This document shows positions 40,410-56,486 of a DNA stretch of 64,000 bases, in pieces. Each line of letters opens with the position of its first letter. The stretch's first letter is position 1. Both the position numbers and the translations under genes were made by a program. A model generated the notes under the pieces. It did no database searches. It was given only the letters and a program-made list of their open reading frames with translations, and was not told the origin of the DNA. This stretch comes from Octopus vulgaris. Taxonomy: Eukaryota. The stretch spans positions 3,286,001-3,350,000 of the forward strand of contig OX597823.1 of NCBI GenBank assembly GCA_951406725.2. Direction: 5' to 3'.

Positions 40410-43400
40410 CAAATGGATGTGTTATAACACTATTCCACATATACAAAAACAGGCTTACCAACAATCCGACATACCTCCATCATCAGCTGGCCCATGGATA
40501 TCATTATGGTTTCGACACCTGGACAGTACCATTTAATCTGGCGGTGTCAACAGCACTGAAAGAACTGTTGTTTAGGAACAAGTGATCAATAAACTAAACC
40601 GGATACACACAAAACCAAATTACATTGCAATTTGATTATAAAAAAATATTTAATGAAGCTTCTTACTGTGTTGTTCTACTTACAGAATTAACAATATGGG
40701 AAAAATAATAACGAATTCTTTTGACAGATTCAGTAAAATTATTGTTGCTCTGTTGGAGGAATCTGTAAAAAATAGGAGAATATTTTTAGTTTCAATAGGT
40801 GTGTAGGTATGTGTGTGTGTGTGTGTGTGCGTGTGCATGTGTGTGTGTGTGTGTGTGTGTAGTATGGCTTGTTTAACTTGTTTCAAACAACAGAGTTGAC
40901 AACATGAGACATTGCTACATACTGCTTATTCGTACAGCTTTTAATCAATTACAAAATGACATGTATGTATAATCAGACCAGCCATAGGATATACCAAAGA
41001 TCGAGTGCCATGCACACACACATGTTCATTAACACTGCAGTCTATGTACACCAAAAGCTATAGCTACAGGTGTGTTAATACCATGTTAAACTGGATCTCA
41101 GAAATGATGTGAAGATGCAACACCTTGTGAAGATGACAAGATTGCAAAAGATGGTAACAAGCTGAACTGGAGAAAATCCACTCAGCCCATGGGAAAACCA
41201 ATGTCAGTCTGATGATGATGGTCGTTATTAACAGCCATCACACTCTCTCTTCTTTTACTATCTTCCAGTTTTACTGCCTATCTACCACTCTCTCTCTCTC
41301 TCTCCTATATTGCTCCTTCCTTTATTACTCATTATTAATATCCATCACTGTCTGTCTGAACTGTACCTCTCTCTTGCATTATTTCCACTCCCATTACCCT
41401 ACCTCTCTTCTAACACACACACACACACACACACACTCCCTCTTTCTCTTTTATTACTCTCTTCTTTATCACCTCATTGCTCCTATTACTCTCACTCTGG
41501 TTATTTCCCTCTCTTCCTTTTCCTGTCATGCTCTCAAGCATTTTACTTCTATTCAAACACCTTACCAACAATCATCATATAGCTGTCTGTGTGTCTCTTT
41601 TATCACTCTTTCCCTACCACTTTGATTTTCTTCTGCTACTCATTCACCATCCTCTTGCCTTGATTCTCTTCTCTCTCACTTTTGCAACAAAAAAAAGAGA
41701 GAAAGAAAGAAGGAATGTATGAAGATAATGCAGAGAAGAGGAGGTTTTCTTTAGCCCTGCTGATGTGAGACAATCATTAATCTATGTGATTTCACCTTTA
41801 ACCCCATACACCACATACATTTACTCTCTCTGGCATCTTCCTCATTGTCTAACTCTAATTCTATACAATTAGAATTTGTTAAACTCTCATTCCTTCCTTT
41901 ATGTGTAATCTCTTTTCATAAATGTCCCATGTTTCATTCCTCCATGTTTCATTCCTCCATGGACCACCTGACCAATTTTCCCATGTGTCACCAACTTTCT
42001 TTCGTTTCATCAATTTCTTCCCTCCCATTTGCCTACCTCTCTCATATTCTTCCATGAACCATTTCTCTTCCTTTATGTCTTACTTTCATTCCTCCATGCA
42101 GCACCACAGACCATGGAACCCTTTTTACAAAACTCCACTTACTTCTCATAGATACTGTGACCAACAATGACCAACAGCTCAACTCCATATCGATCTTTCA
42201 AATCTTCAGGAATATTAGATTTTAAGACTTTACCATCTGAAATAAGAAACACCAACTTTAATGGATGTCAAAGAGAAAAGAACAAACAAGAATCTTTATG
42301 TTTTCAGTTCAAACCTTGCCAGAGTCAGAAAGAAGCAAGAGACAAGTGGGACCAGTGCAGTTGATATGGAAGTTAAAGAGTTTAAGTCTGTTATGAATGG
42401 TTACAGGAAAATTTCCCATACAAGAAAATATATAATTAAATGATTTGATATTTTCTTCTCATAATCACGTTAGTATTCTTAATTAAATTTCAATTAAGAT
42501 AATCGAAATTAATTCATCGTCATCATCATTGTTTAACGTTCACTTTCCCTGCTGGCATGAGTTGGATGGTTTGACTGAAAACTGGTAAACTAGGGGGTTG
42601 CACCAGGCTCCAATCTGATTTGGCAAGGTTTCTACAGCTGGATGCCAACCACTCTGAGAGTGTAGTGGGTGCTTTCTGTGCCACCAGAATGGGTGTCATT
42701 GACTTGACACTGGCATCGGCCACGACTACTGTTTCACTTGGCCTGACAGGTCAACACAAACATGGTATATCGCCAAGGGTCTTGGTCACCTGTCACTGCC
42801 TCCATGAAGACCAAAACTTGAATGGTGCTTTGTATGTGGCACTGGCATGGGTGGCACTGGCATGGGTGGCACTGGCATGGGTGGCACTGGCATGGGTGCC
42901 AGTCAGATGACAATGGCATTGGCCACAACTATGATTTCGCTCAGTTCAACAGGTCTTCATGAGCACAGCATATTGCCCGACAGTTGAAAGGATGCATTTA
43001 ACGGGTCAGTTATGTGACGCTGACGTTGACCATGACTACAATTTCACTCGGCTTAATGGGTCTTCTCGAACACAGCATATCTCCAAAGGTCTCGGTTGCT
43101 TGTCATTGCCCTTGTGAGGCCCAACATTTGAAGATCATCCTTTACCACTTCATCCCATGATTTTAGTTCCCAGTATCAAATATGTGAGACTTTACTGTAT
43201 ATGTCTTTAGTAAAACACTTCCCCAGATTCTTCCATCATAACCATATTCTTGCTGATATTCATAATCTACATCCCTGCATTCTGTTTACTTCACAGCAGA
43301 ATTTCTTATGGCGAAATGGCAAAAATGTTTACGGTGAATTTTCTGGACATAATAAATAAATAAATGCACCCTTTTTAAAGCCTAGCTAGGCTCATGGGCC

Positions 43401-46400
43401 CAGTTCCCCTTTCCTGGTTTCTGTGGCATATGTGTACCCCAGCTAGATGGGGCACCAGTCCATCGCAGCGTTACTCATTTTTGCCAGCTGAGTGGACTGG
43501 AGCAACGTGAAATGAAGTGTTTTGCTCAAGAACACAACGCGTCGCCTGGTACAGGAATCGAAACCACAATCTTACGATCATGATGCTGACACCCTAACCA
43601 CTAAGCCATGCATCTCCACTTTTCTGGACATGGTTGGGAATATATGGAGATGGAAGTTGTCTGTTGTAGAGGTCAGAGCAGCTCTGAGTGAGTAGAATTG
43701 TGACCAAATGTGGCCATCCCTGTGCTACATTATTAAATGTAACTTTTTCACCCTCAAATAGGCAAGGTATGGGGGAATGGGCAGTATCAACGACCATTTT
43801 ACTGGGTCTTCAGGATTGTGGAAGGAAGGAAGCAAGGAAGCTATTCACAGACTGCAGACATGGTTTCAATTTTTGCAACAGATTAGACTCTGTTAGAGAC
43901 ACCAACAAAGCAGTTGGTAGTGTCACACTGGGTCACAGGTTAAGCCTTGGACTCCTGAACAAGAATGTTCTGATTGATCAAGAATGACCCAAGGACCAAA
44001 CAACAATAATATAGATGCAGGCATGGCTGTATGGTAAGTTTGCTTCCCAACCACATGGTTCCGGGTTCAGTCCCACTGCGTGGCACCTTGGGCAAGTGTC
44101 TTTTACCATAGTTTTGGGCCAACCAAAACCTTGTGAATGGATTTGGTAAATGAAAGCTGAAAGAAAACCATTGTGTGTATATTATATATATAGATACATG
44201 AAATGCTGGATATAAGAAGCATCAGATGTGGTGTGCAAGAGCGACGCTTGCAATGGTATGGTCATGTGCTGCAGATGGATGAGGAGAGATGTGTGAAGAA
44301 GTGCCACTCCCAAACAGTTGAAGGTATCAGGGGGAGAGGTAGACCCAGGAAGACATGGGATGAGGTAGTCAAGCATGACCTCAGAGCGTTGGGCCTCACT
44401 GAGGCAATGGCGAAGGACCGAGATCTCTGGAGATATGCTGTGACTGCAAAGACCCGGGCTGCTTCCTGCATCAGTTCCACATAGCCCCTGCCCATTCAAA
44501 GTACCCCGGATCCCAGAACGTCCCGCTGTGCTTGAGGAGACCTGTTGAGTCAAGTACATGAACATGAATGTCGAAATAAATATCAATGGAAATAGTAGTT
44601 GTGATGCCTGTGCCGGTGGCACATAAAAAGCACTATCCGAACGTGGCCGATGCCAGCGCCGCTCTGACTGGCTTCTGTGCCGGTGGCACATAAAAAGCAC
44701 CATCCGAACGTGGCCGATGCCAGTGCCGCCCCGACCGGCTCCTGTGCCAGTGGCACATAAAAAGACCATCCGAACGTTGCCAGTGCCGCCTTGGCTGGCT
44801 CCCGTGCCGCTGGCACGTTAAAAGCTCCAACCGATCGTGACCGATGCCGGACCCCCCCCCCCCCGGCACCTGTGCAGGTGGCACGTAAAAAGCACCCATT
44901 ACACTCGCGGAGTGGTTGGCGTTAGGAAGGGCATCCAGCCGTAGAAACTCTGCCAGATCAGACTGGAGCCTGGAGCAGCCCCTGGCTTCCCAGACCCTGG
45001 TCGAACCATCCAACCCGTGCTACCGCGGAAAACGGACGTTAAACGATGATGATGATGATGATGATGATGATCTTTCTGTGTGTATGTGTGTGTGTGTGAG
45101 TGTCCCATGCTGGTGTGTTTGCATCCCTGTAACATAGCAGTTCAGCAAAAGACATGAATAGAATAAGGCTTAAAAAAATAAAAATACTGAGGTCACTTCA
45201 CTTGACTGAAAAGTCTTCAAGGCAGTGCTGCAGCATGGCCACGTTCTAATGACTGAAACAAGTAAAGGAATAAAAGATAATAACAGGAACTAAACAAATG
45301 ATTTCTGTTGAATGTTCAAAGTGTGTTCAAGGTTATAAGTGAGAAATACGAGTTTAAAGGGAATTGGTAAGCAGAAGAATCTAAGAAAGTTCTGGAAATG
45401 GTTTAATTGGTTCACTTACTGTTTACTGCCCTCAAAATTGATCTGCGTTTGACATAATGGAAGTTTTTGTTTGGTGATTCCAGCCATTCTGTATTGTCTG
45501 ACTCAATTTCAAATAATTCATCACCGATAATGAATTCACCATTCTGAAAATTAATTAATTTTAAAGAAACACAAGAGAATCGGTGAAGTAAAGATCAATA
45601 ACATCCCAAAGTGGGATTTGACAACATTTTGATAGAAACAGAATTTATTTAAAATATTGTTGCTGCTCGTTAGTTTTAAGTCAGTAATTAGTCAACAGAC
45701 CATCCAGGAAAACAATGGAAGAATATCCAGAATGTTCTATTTCTAGTTTTTACATTTTTTTTTGAAGACAGCAGAGTTTGGTTTGGGAGGACCCCGCTGC
45801 TATTTCTAGCAGGCTAATCTCTTTGATATTGCCTGAGATCACACTGGTTCTATGATACAAATTTCATATTTCAAAATGATCCAAATTAAAACTTTCCATC
45901 AAAATTTCCGGTTAATTTATGTTCCAAACACCAGCTTTAATAATAATAAGTTATTTTACTAAATTTTTCATGAGTCTCAAAATAAATAAAAAAAAAGAAA
46001 GGCTGAGTATTTCAGTTGAAATATGGTAACAAAAAGATCAAATAACTGCTTAGGTGCTTTCCTATTTGACAAAATAAAGTAAGTTTGTGGTTTACACCAT
46101 CAAAGTTGTAAACTAAAGGACGAAGCAAATTCAGGTACGAATTCATTATCTCTTTGGTACATACTTGTAATTAATTTTAAATGTTTTACAATCTTTATTA
46201 AATGTGTTGGATGAAGCTGCCAGTGACTGGTTGTGCTATTCAGTGGTTCACTATGAACAGAATACAGGGTGGATGGCACTATTTATGGTGAACTGCTGAA
46301 TAATGCAACCAATCATTGAACAATGATAGGAGTATAAGAAGAAGAAGCTATCAGCTATCAGCTTATAAACTCTTATCACATAAATCAATTGATGCCGAGT

Positions 46401-46754
46401 TGATAAAGGGTCTTTATGTGGTTGCTTACCCTGCTAGAAATATCAACCAAATTTCCTTCAAGTAGCACTCTGTTCTCTTAAAAAAGAAAAGGTAATCCTC
46501 AACATATTATATGCGAGTGGAAATAGGTTGGATGATCATGGCTGGAATGTCTTTAATCATGTCTCTATTGGACTAGGACTAACTGCATGGAGGATGATTG
46601 TAAGAACCAGCATACAGCACACGTTGGGGAGACTTCTAGGTGTTTAGCTGAGAGGATAAATGAACACTAGTGGGAGTACAACAACAGGAAACAGTTGTTG
46701 ATACTCTATCATCATGCCAAAGATCAACAGAATGCAGAATGCAGAATCAAATTA

Positions 46755-46792
<38 letters not shown>

Positions 46793-48526
46793 CTGAGAGA
46801 CTCGTTGTGAAGACAGATGCATGAGTCTTTGTCATAAATGAGACAATACCAACACTAAATAGAAAATATACAAAGTAATAAAACCACTGTGCCACTGCTA
46901 ATTACCCACACAGTGTATACATGTGTGTGTGTGTGTGTGCTGGAGGCACATGTTTGTGGTTATAGATGTAGGTGTGTATATATATATATATTCTGCTTGC
47001 GAAGACCTGTTGGGGCAAATGAAATCGAAATTGAACCAAATCCTATGACCAGCACTCGGCCGTTGCCAGTGCCGCTGGACTGACTCCTGTGCAGGTGGCA
47101 AGTAAAGAAACACCGTTTCAACCCTGTGCTTGAGGAGATCCATTGAGTCAAGTACATCAACATCAAAAATCAATGGAAATTGTGGCTGCGATCCCTATGC
47201 CGGTGGCATGTAAAAAGCACCATCCGAACGTGGCCAATGCCAGCCCCGCCTTGACTGGCTTCCGTGCCAGTGGCACGTAAAAAGCACCAACCGATCATAG
47301 CCGTTGCCAGCCTCGCCTGGCACCTCTGCCGGTGGCACGTAAAAAGCACCCACTACACTCACGGAGTGGTTGGTGTTAGGAAGGGCATCCAGCTGTAGAA
47401 ACATTGCCAGATCAGACTGGAGCCTGGTGCAGCCTCCTGGCTTCCCAGACCCCAGTCGAACTGTCCAACCCATGCTAGCATGGAAAACAGACGTTAAACG
47501 ATGATGATGATGATGATGATGATGTATATATATAAAGGGTAGTATTAGAATAACAGCTGGATACAGAGAAATCCATATAAACACATTCTGATACACAATC
47601 ATACACATCCATATACATGCACATGTAAGCACACACACAACCACACATGCACATACATGCAGCACATGGGAATACACACACACACACACACACAGATGCT
47701 TATCTATTCAAAAGCAACCTGGCTACACCACACGCATGCGTATTCGCACACACTTAAGTGAACATTCACACAACTACATACACACATACATGCATACACA
47801 CAGACAGGCATAAGACTAATTGTCAGACAGACTCAAGGCAGGTCTTGAAGAAGAGGGAGGGCATTCATTGATGAGATTGCAAATAGCAACAAAAGCACTT
47901 TGCTAAACAACCAATTGTTTGATCCGAAAGAGCTGTTCTTCACTCCTGCTCCAGAGCGTCGGCTGCGGGGGTCACTCCGAAAAGCTCTATCTGTGACGAC
48001 TTCATCTCAATCGAAGGAGAGGGGCTTTCTCCGTCCAGGTTGCAGATCCGTGGAATAAACTGCCGGACGAGATAGTGAAGATGCCGACGACCGCTCGGTT
48101 CAAAGTCTCCCTTGACCACAAGTGGCCTGAACTCTTTACATGAACACCACCCTGTACATAACTCCATGTACCCCTACATGGCCTTGCTTTTTGCTTTTTG
48201 AGCCAAAAAATTTAACTAACTAAACAAATGATTGATTGGATAATTTGCAAGAGATTTAACTGATTGACAAAACATAATCTTGGTGGATTTGATAGATGGA
48301 AACTGAAAGAAGCCCATTGTTTATTGTTGTTTTTATTTTTAGTGGCATAATGACACATAGATGCAGGAGTGGCTGTGTGGTAAGTAGCTTGTTTACCAAC
48401 CACATGGTTCCAGGTTCAGTTCAACTGCGGGGCACCTTGGGCAAGTGTCTTCTACTATAGCCTCGGGCTGACCAAAGCCTTGTGAGTGGATTTGGTAGAT
48501 GGAAACTGAAAGAAGCCCATCGTATA

Positions 48527-48593
<67 letters not shown>

Positions 48594-51581
48594 GTATGTA
48601 TATGTTTGTGTGTCTGTGTTTGTCCCCCAAACATCACTTGACAACCGATGCTGGTGTGTTTACGCCCCTGTAACTTAGCGGTTCAGCAAAAGAGACCAAT
48701 AGAATAAGTACTAGGCTTACAAAGAATAAGTCCTTGGGTCGATTTGCTCGACTAAAGGTGGTGCTCCAGCATGGCCGCTGTCAAATGACTGAAACAAGTA
48801 AATGAGTAAAAGAATATACCTATGTGTATACTCATTCTTCTAGACATGGTGATAAAGATATTTTTCCAGACATGGCTGCCAATATATTTTTCCAGACATG
48901 GCTGCCAATGTATTCTCTTTGAACTCAAGAAAATATTTCTTTTCAGTTTAATAAAATTTGCTGTAAACATTTAAAAAAAATTCAACTCACTAATTTCAGA
49001 ACTGGTGTTTGGGTTTTGTTCTGTGCAATTAATTCCACAGTGACTGCTGCCATCTTTTCAGGGTCTTGGTATATATCATAGGCCTGAAAGTTTATAATAG
49101 AGATTTTACAATGAAGATGGACTTCTTTAATAACATGTAGCATATGTACAGGTCAGGGTATGTTGGACATTCACATGGAGAAAGTTGATCTGTTTCAATT
49201 GTTGTACGTCTCACAACATATCCTGGTTCAAATACATTGTATGGCATTGCTTCTCATTTTGTTTTAGAAATCACCCATCTTAGTTCTCTGCCTCTACCCC
49301 CTAAAAAGGGGATCAAAGTCAAAGTAGACCCTGGCAGGATTTGAACTTAGAACATAAAGAACTTGAACAAGTACCAAAAGGTGTCAGGTCTGACATTCTT
49401 GCAGTTCCACCAATCCATTATCTTCAGTTGATACTATCAACCACAAAGGCATGGCTGTGTGTTAAGAAGCTTGCTTCGCAACCACATCGTTCAAGGTTCA
49501 GTCTCACTGCACAGCACCATAGGCAAGTGTCTTCTTCTATAGCCTTGGTAGATTTGATAGATGGAAACTGAAAGAAGCCCATTGTGTGTGCATGTGTGTG
49601 TTCCCCACCACTGCTTGACAACCAGTGATGGTGTGTTAACATGCCTGTAACTTAGCAGTTCAGCAAAAGAAACCAATAGAATAAGTACCAAGATTAAAAA
49701 AGAAAGAGAAGTCCTGGGGTTGATTCGGTCAACTGAAATTTCTTCTGGGCAGTGCCCCAGCATGGCCATAGTCTAATGACTGAAAAAAGTAAAAGATAAA
49801 AAGAGATGAAAGGCAAAATTGACCTTCTAAGGATTTGAACTCAGAGCAGAGAGAACTGAAATGAAAGCTACAAAGCATTTCGCCCGACACTTTAATGACA
49901 GCTTGTTTGCCAAGACTTGGGTCTGCGACACTGGTGTCTTTTGACTTGGCAGAGTTGAGAAAGCTCGTATGATGCTCCATGCTTTACCTACCCGCCGAGG
50001 GTATTAGCAGTAATTTGTTTTCAACTGAGAACTGCAGTGTTTACAAGTTTCACAGCTGAAACTGATAGCCGACCTCTGACTGTGCAAAACAAGAATCCGA
50101 TCTGAAGAACATTATTATTATCTCTGTTATTCTATGTAGACTCTGAGACAACGGTCATTGACCAAAGACATCAAGTACAGAGATGGCAGCAGCAGAATAA
50201 ACAGCTCCAGCAGAGATTAACCCTAATTGTATTCCTTATATAACAAACCTCACATTCAAACAAAACTAAAAATAAACTTGTATTTGGTGATATTTATTTC
50301 GTTTTTGCTTTTGTGACATTTTTTTTTTGTTTGCTTTTCAAAATTTGTGTTGTTATGGAAAATGACATTTTGGAAATGGGAGATTACAGTCAGAGCGTAG
50401 TTAAATTATTTCTTTATCATTATTATTATTATTGTTGTTGTTATTATTAAGGCAGTGAACTGGCAGAATTGTTAGAATGCCAGGCAAAATGCTAAGTGGC
50501 ATTTCATTCATCTTTATGTTGCAAGTTCAAATTCCTTTGTGGATCATTTTGCTTTTCATCCTTTCAGGGTTCATAGAATAAGCATCAACTTTCCCACTTT
50601 TCTGAAATTGATGCCTTGTGCCAAAATTTGAAACCATTATCATTATAATTATAATTATAATCATTGGTTTCAAATTCTGGTACAAGACCAGCAATTTCGG
50701 GGAAGGGAGTTGAGTTGATTACATCAACCCTGAAAGAATGGAAGGCAAAGTCAAACTTGGTGGAATTTTAATAATAATAATAATGATGATGACGATGACG
50801 ATGACGATGACGACGACGACGACGATGACAACTATTATTATTATTATTATTATTATTAAAATTCTGCTGATGTTGACTTTGCTTTTCATTATTCAGAGTC
50901 AATAAAATAAGTACCAGTTGCATGCTGGGGTTAATTAAATCAACAAGCCCCTTCCCTCAAAATTTCCCGTCTTGTAACTGTAATAGAAAAGATTATTATG
51001 ATTATTTAAAAAAAGGTTTATTATTAAAAACAAAAAATTAAAAGAATAATAATAATACTAATAACAACAACAACAACAACAATAATAATAGACATAGCAT
51101 GCCCAGCTGACAACAAGGTATGTGATAAGGAAGAAAGAAAAGTCGATAGATTTAACAGGTTAGCTTGGGAAGTTAAGCAGTTGTGATCGATGAAAAAGGT
51201 AGCAGTAGTACTAATAATTGTTGTAACCCTGAGGAAAGTGAGCAAAAATCTCGAGAAGTACGTGAAACAAATAGGGGCGCACTTGCAGAAAACAGCACTG
51301 CTTGGAACTGCTCGAATACTCCGGAAGATGCTCGAAAAATAAGGGGTGTTACCTTAGTTCACTGGTAATGAACGGCTGACACTGTAGTACATCTCCAGCA
51401 TTAGAAGCTGTGCAAAGACCAGATGGCTGCAGCAGGCTCCAGTCTTGATCCGGCAGAGTTTCTAGTGCATCCAGCTGTAGAAACTCTGCCGGATCAAGAC
51501 TGGAGCCTGGTGCAGCCATCTGGTTGCCAGCCCTCAGTCAAAACCGTCCAACCCATTCTAGCATGGAAAACGGACGTTAAA

Positions 51582-51627
<46 letters not shown>

Positions 51628-53041
51628 TAATAATGGTTTCAAATTTTGCCACAAGGATAGCCATTTTTGGGGAGGGGATGTGTTGATTACATCGACCCCA
51701 GTGTTTCACAGGTACTTAATTTATTGGCCCTCAAAGGATGAAAGGCAAAGTCGACCTTGGTGGAATTTGAACTTAGAATGTAACGACAGGTAAGATACCG
51801 CTAAGCATTTCGTCCAGTGTGCTAACGATTTCACCAACTTGCCACCTTTAAAAATATTAATAATAATAATAATAATAATATGGCTTCTGATCTTAACTGA
51901 TTGGAAGTGTTATTATGTACATTGTTTTGTCTTGGTATAAAAGATGGGCTACAGCAAATATTCTGCTCAATACCACAGATTTGCTTGTCAGTTGTTTGAC
52001 CTTAACCAGTTGAGCATGTCCCTTAGTGGCTGACGATATGTGCATCTCTGATCACGAGCAGAAGTAGTGGGGGAGCATCATAGCCATGTGTTGAGAGGGA
52101 TTCTTTGGGGTTTGAATAATTCACCTCTGGAAACATGGGTGTTTCGTTCAACGTCCTTAAACAACCCTTATTCAGGGACCTTTTGAACGGGATGGGCTAC
52201 TTCACCAGAAGAAAATTCTAACTGGGCCCCACCTGCAAGGTCATGTGCTGTTTATCTTGATATGAGATCACCATGTCGCACACATATGGTTGTGATGCAT
52301 GTGCCTGGTGTACCCTTATCAGACGGGTAGTCATGATGGTTATGTTGGGCTTCGTATATTTTACCCCAGTGTCACTTTGATGGCATGCTCTGCTCGCTCA
52401 CTCAATAATAATAATCCTTTCTATTGAAGGCACAAGGCTTGAAATTTGGGGGTAAGGGACAAGTCAATTACATCGATCCCAGTGTTTTATCATCATCATC
52501 ATCATCATCGTCATCATTGTTTAGCTTCTGCTTTCCATGCTGGCATGGGTTGGACGGTTTGACTGAGATCTGGAGAGCCAGATGGCTGCACTGGGCTCCA
52601 ATCTGATCTGACAGCATTTCTACAGCTGAATGCCCTTCCTAACACCAACCACTCCAAGAGTGTAGTGGGTATTTTTTATGTGCCACCAGCATGAGGGCCA
52701 GTCAGGCGGCACTTAATTTATCAACCCCGAAAGGATAAAAAGGCAAAGTTGACCTTGGTGGAATTTGAACTCAGAACATAAGGACGAACGAAATGCTTAG
52801 CAGCATTTCGTCCAGCGTGCTAACGATTCTGCCAGCTCACTGCCTTAATAATGACAATAATATTAATAGTAACAATAATCCTTTCTACTAGAGGCACAAG
52901 GCCTGGAATTTGAGGGGAGGGGGATAGTCGATCACATCGACCGCAGTACATCACTGGTACTTAATTTATCGACTCTGAAAGGATGAAAGGCAAAGTCAAC
53001 CTCAGTGGAATACTGCTAAGCAATTCTGCCAGCTCACTGCC

Positions 53042-53108
<67 letters not shown>

Positions 53109-53957
53109 CGATAGCTATTATACTTTGTTAGTTTTATGGGAAAAGAAATTGTTGAACTCGCCATAAGTGATCCCCACTCCCCCCACCCTGCTGCACATCT
53201 CCATCATGTCACATGATTGCAATAATAAGCATAATATATTCAATCATGTCTAACCTTATTCTCTAAGTTCTTTCAAGGCAGTGAATTTCATTGAGGTATG
53301 TCCTCGACAGGAAACAAGCCATTTATTTCCTTTTCCGTTGTTTAACACAAATGTTATGGAGGTCAAAACAACAACAACAACAACAACAATAGTAATACCA
53401 TTCATAATAACCGTTTATATTTTGGCACCAGGCCAGCAAATTTGAGGGGTCGGGGAATCAGTTACAATGACTCCAGGGCTCAACTGGTACTTATTTCATA
53501 GGCCCTGAAACAATGAAAGACAAAGTTGACATCAGCAAAATTTGAACTCAAAATGTAAAGATTGACAATATGCTAATGATTCTGCCATCTTGCTACCTTA
53601 ACAACAACAACAATGATAATACCTATTGTCATAGGTACCCTAGGAATGGTAGCAAAAGTGGTTGATTGCTACCTAGCTCAGATACCAGGAAACCCCAAAA
53701 TGGCAGAAATTCAAAAGATAGTGCTCATGGGAACTGCCCATATCCTATGCAAATTACTTACTATGTAATCTCAAGTTTTAAAACAAACTCATGATTTTCT
53801 TATGATTTCTTAAACATTCACCAGTACAACACTAAGTACAAAACCAAATATATGGCACCCTGGGCATAACACCAACATGAACTTCCAACTTGTTGTCTCT
53901 TGAGGTCTCTGGGTGAGACTTGGAGCCAACTTGTACAAAAGCAAAGCAAAAGCATAA

Positions 53958-53996
<39 letters not shown>

Positions 53997-53997
53997 C

Positions 53998-54038
<41 letters not shown>

Positions 54039-54457
54039 GATGATGATAATACTAATAATAATCCATTCTACTAAAGGCACAAGGTCTGAAATTTGGAGGA
54101 GGGGACTAATCAATTACATTGACCCCAGTACGCAACTGGTACTTAATTCATTGACCCTGAAAGGATGAAAGGCAAAATTGACCTTGGCAGAATTTGAACT
54201 CAGAACTTGAAGGCAGATGAAATACCTATTTCTTTACTACCCACAAGGGGCTAAACACAGAGAGGACAAACAGGGACAGACAAACGGATTAAGTCGATTA
54301 TATCGACCCCAGTGCGTAACTGGTACTTATTTAATCGACCCCGAAAGGATGAAAGGCAAAGTCGACCTCGGCGGAATTTGAACTCAGAACATAACCGCAG
54401 ATGAAATATCATTGAGCATTTCACCCGGCATGCTAAAGACTCTGCCAGCTCACCACC

Positions 54458-54498
<41 letters not shown>

Positions 54499-55200
54499 TC
54501 TTTCTAATTATGGCACAATCTAGTAATTTTAGAGGCCATGTAGGTCACTTATATCAAGGCTGATTTAATTTTAGTGTCCCCATAAGGATGAAAGGCAAAA
54601 CTGAACTCAGCAGGATTTGAACTCAAAACATAAAGAATCCGCAGTAATGCTGCTAAGAATTTTGTCTGGTGTGATAATGATTCTGCCAACATATAAAATG
54701 ATATGAGCAAAAGCAGAGAAGGCATAGCATGAAGGATTACCTCCTGATAGTAATATATACACGAGTGCTTATATGTACCGCAAGTTCTTATGCAAGTTTT
54801 CTCTAATGGGAAATAATGCAGTATTCTGTGTTTTAACACAGCATCCACTTTTAAGTGGAGATAAATAGTACTGTTTGGTATTAATACTCCTTCTGTTGTT
54901 ATTAAATACATGTCTAAAAAATCGCTTTGCTAGGAACATCCCACATCCTGCATGAGACATTATTGATTCAATGGTACCACAGCCCAAACAGAACAACCTT
55001 CACACAAAACACGTATACACACCCTAAACAATAAACTTCTCATAAAATAAGACAACGTAATTGACTCAACATATAACAGACAAGATTAATACCTGATGAA
55101 ATAACACAAACCACATTAAACGTATCACACACCACAGAGTAACCACTAACATAACAGAAGCAACAGCTGAAACTCCATAGCAAAACAAATTGAAGCTGTA

Positions 55201-55235
<35 letters not shown>

Positions 55236-55819
55236 AGATATATATAGTTGGAATTTACAGAAAAACAAAAGACGAAAACAGATGTATGAACAAGAGAGAA
55301 AGATGGTATTGGCAGACGCCAGAAAAGGTCACAGAAAACGAGAAAACAACCATACTCTGGGATATGCCAATACACACAGATAAAGAAATTAAGGACAATA
55401 GGCCAGATATAGTTGTCAGAGATCATGAAGAAAAAAAATGTTTTCTAATTGATGTATCAATACCAGCAGATGACAACGTGTCTCTAAAAGAAATGGAGAA
55501 ACTTTCAAAATACAAAGACCTGGAAATAGAGGTAACCAGAATGTGGAATCTAAAAACAGAAACAATTCCTATCATAGTAGGTGCATTAGGCATGATAAAA
55601 AAATATTCAGACAAATACAAAACAAAAACACCAGATCTAACAAATATATATAACATACAGAAAATTGCATTACTGGACACTGCACACATCCTATGCAAAA
55701 CATTTTCAATACAATAACCATCAGAGCATCACAACAAATCACAGCACATACCCAAGGCACACAGAGCTGCGCTCGGTAGTGAAGTGAAAGCACGCTATAA
55801 AAATAAAACTACTGAATGC

Positions 55820-55856
<37 letters not shown>

Positions 55857-56435
55857 TTTCCCTATTTTTCTTTGTTTCTGATAAAGAGAAGATGATAACA
55901 ATAATAATAATAACATGTTCAACTTGTTGACACTCCTCTCAAAATCTAGATTTCTATACATAAATTTGTCTCCATGCTGGAATATTGGTGAGTTTACCTG
56001 CTCCCCCTTCCCCCCCTCTCTCACTCAGTCTTCACTGCTGCTGTTACAATATTTACGACAATAAGTTAGCTAATTAATGGCTCCCCAAAAATGTGTAAGC
56101 CTTGTAGTCAAGAAGGAAGGCGAAAAGATAGATATAACCATCTTAAATACAAAATAGCCCGGCTATGGAAATGAAGAAGGTGAAGACAGTGCCAATTATG
56201 TTTGGGTCCTTGGGAACAGTATGAGAAGGCCCCAGGAGGAATATAAAGGAAATTGGAATAGAGTGCCCAGTAGAACTGTTACAAGAGTTTTGTCTCATTG
56301 GCACGGCTAGAATAATCAGGAAAGTATCAGACAGCTGAAAATAACGGATATCATGGTACTATAGGCTGCAGGTAGTAAGCCCGCCACTACACATGCAATA
56401 CTCTAGGAGTTTCAAAAATACCTGTGACAAAAAGA

Positions 56436-56486
<51 letters not shown>

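Noticed and set aside
44600-44900. CRISPR-like palindromic repeat-spacer array
   Set aside because: The spacers are similar to each other, the array lies in an RTE 3'UTR in eukaryotic DNA, and there are no cas genes.
49729-50101. Possible additional exon (good acceptor at 50102, donor-like sites near 49990)
   Set aside because: Stops in all three frames from the acceptor, and exons A and B already join in phase.
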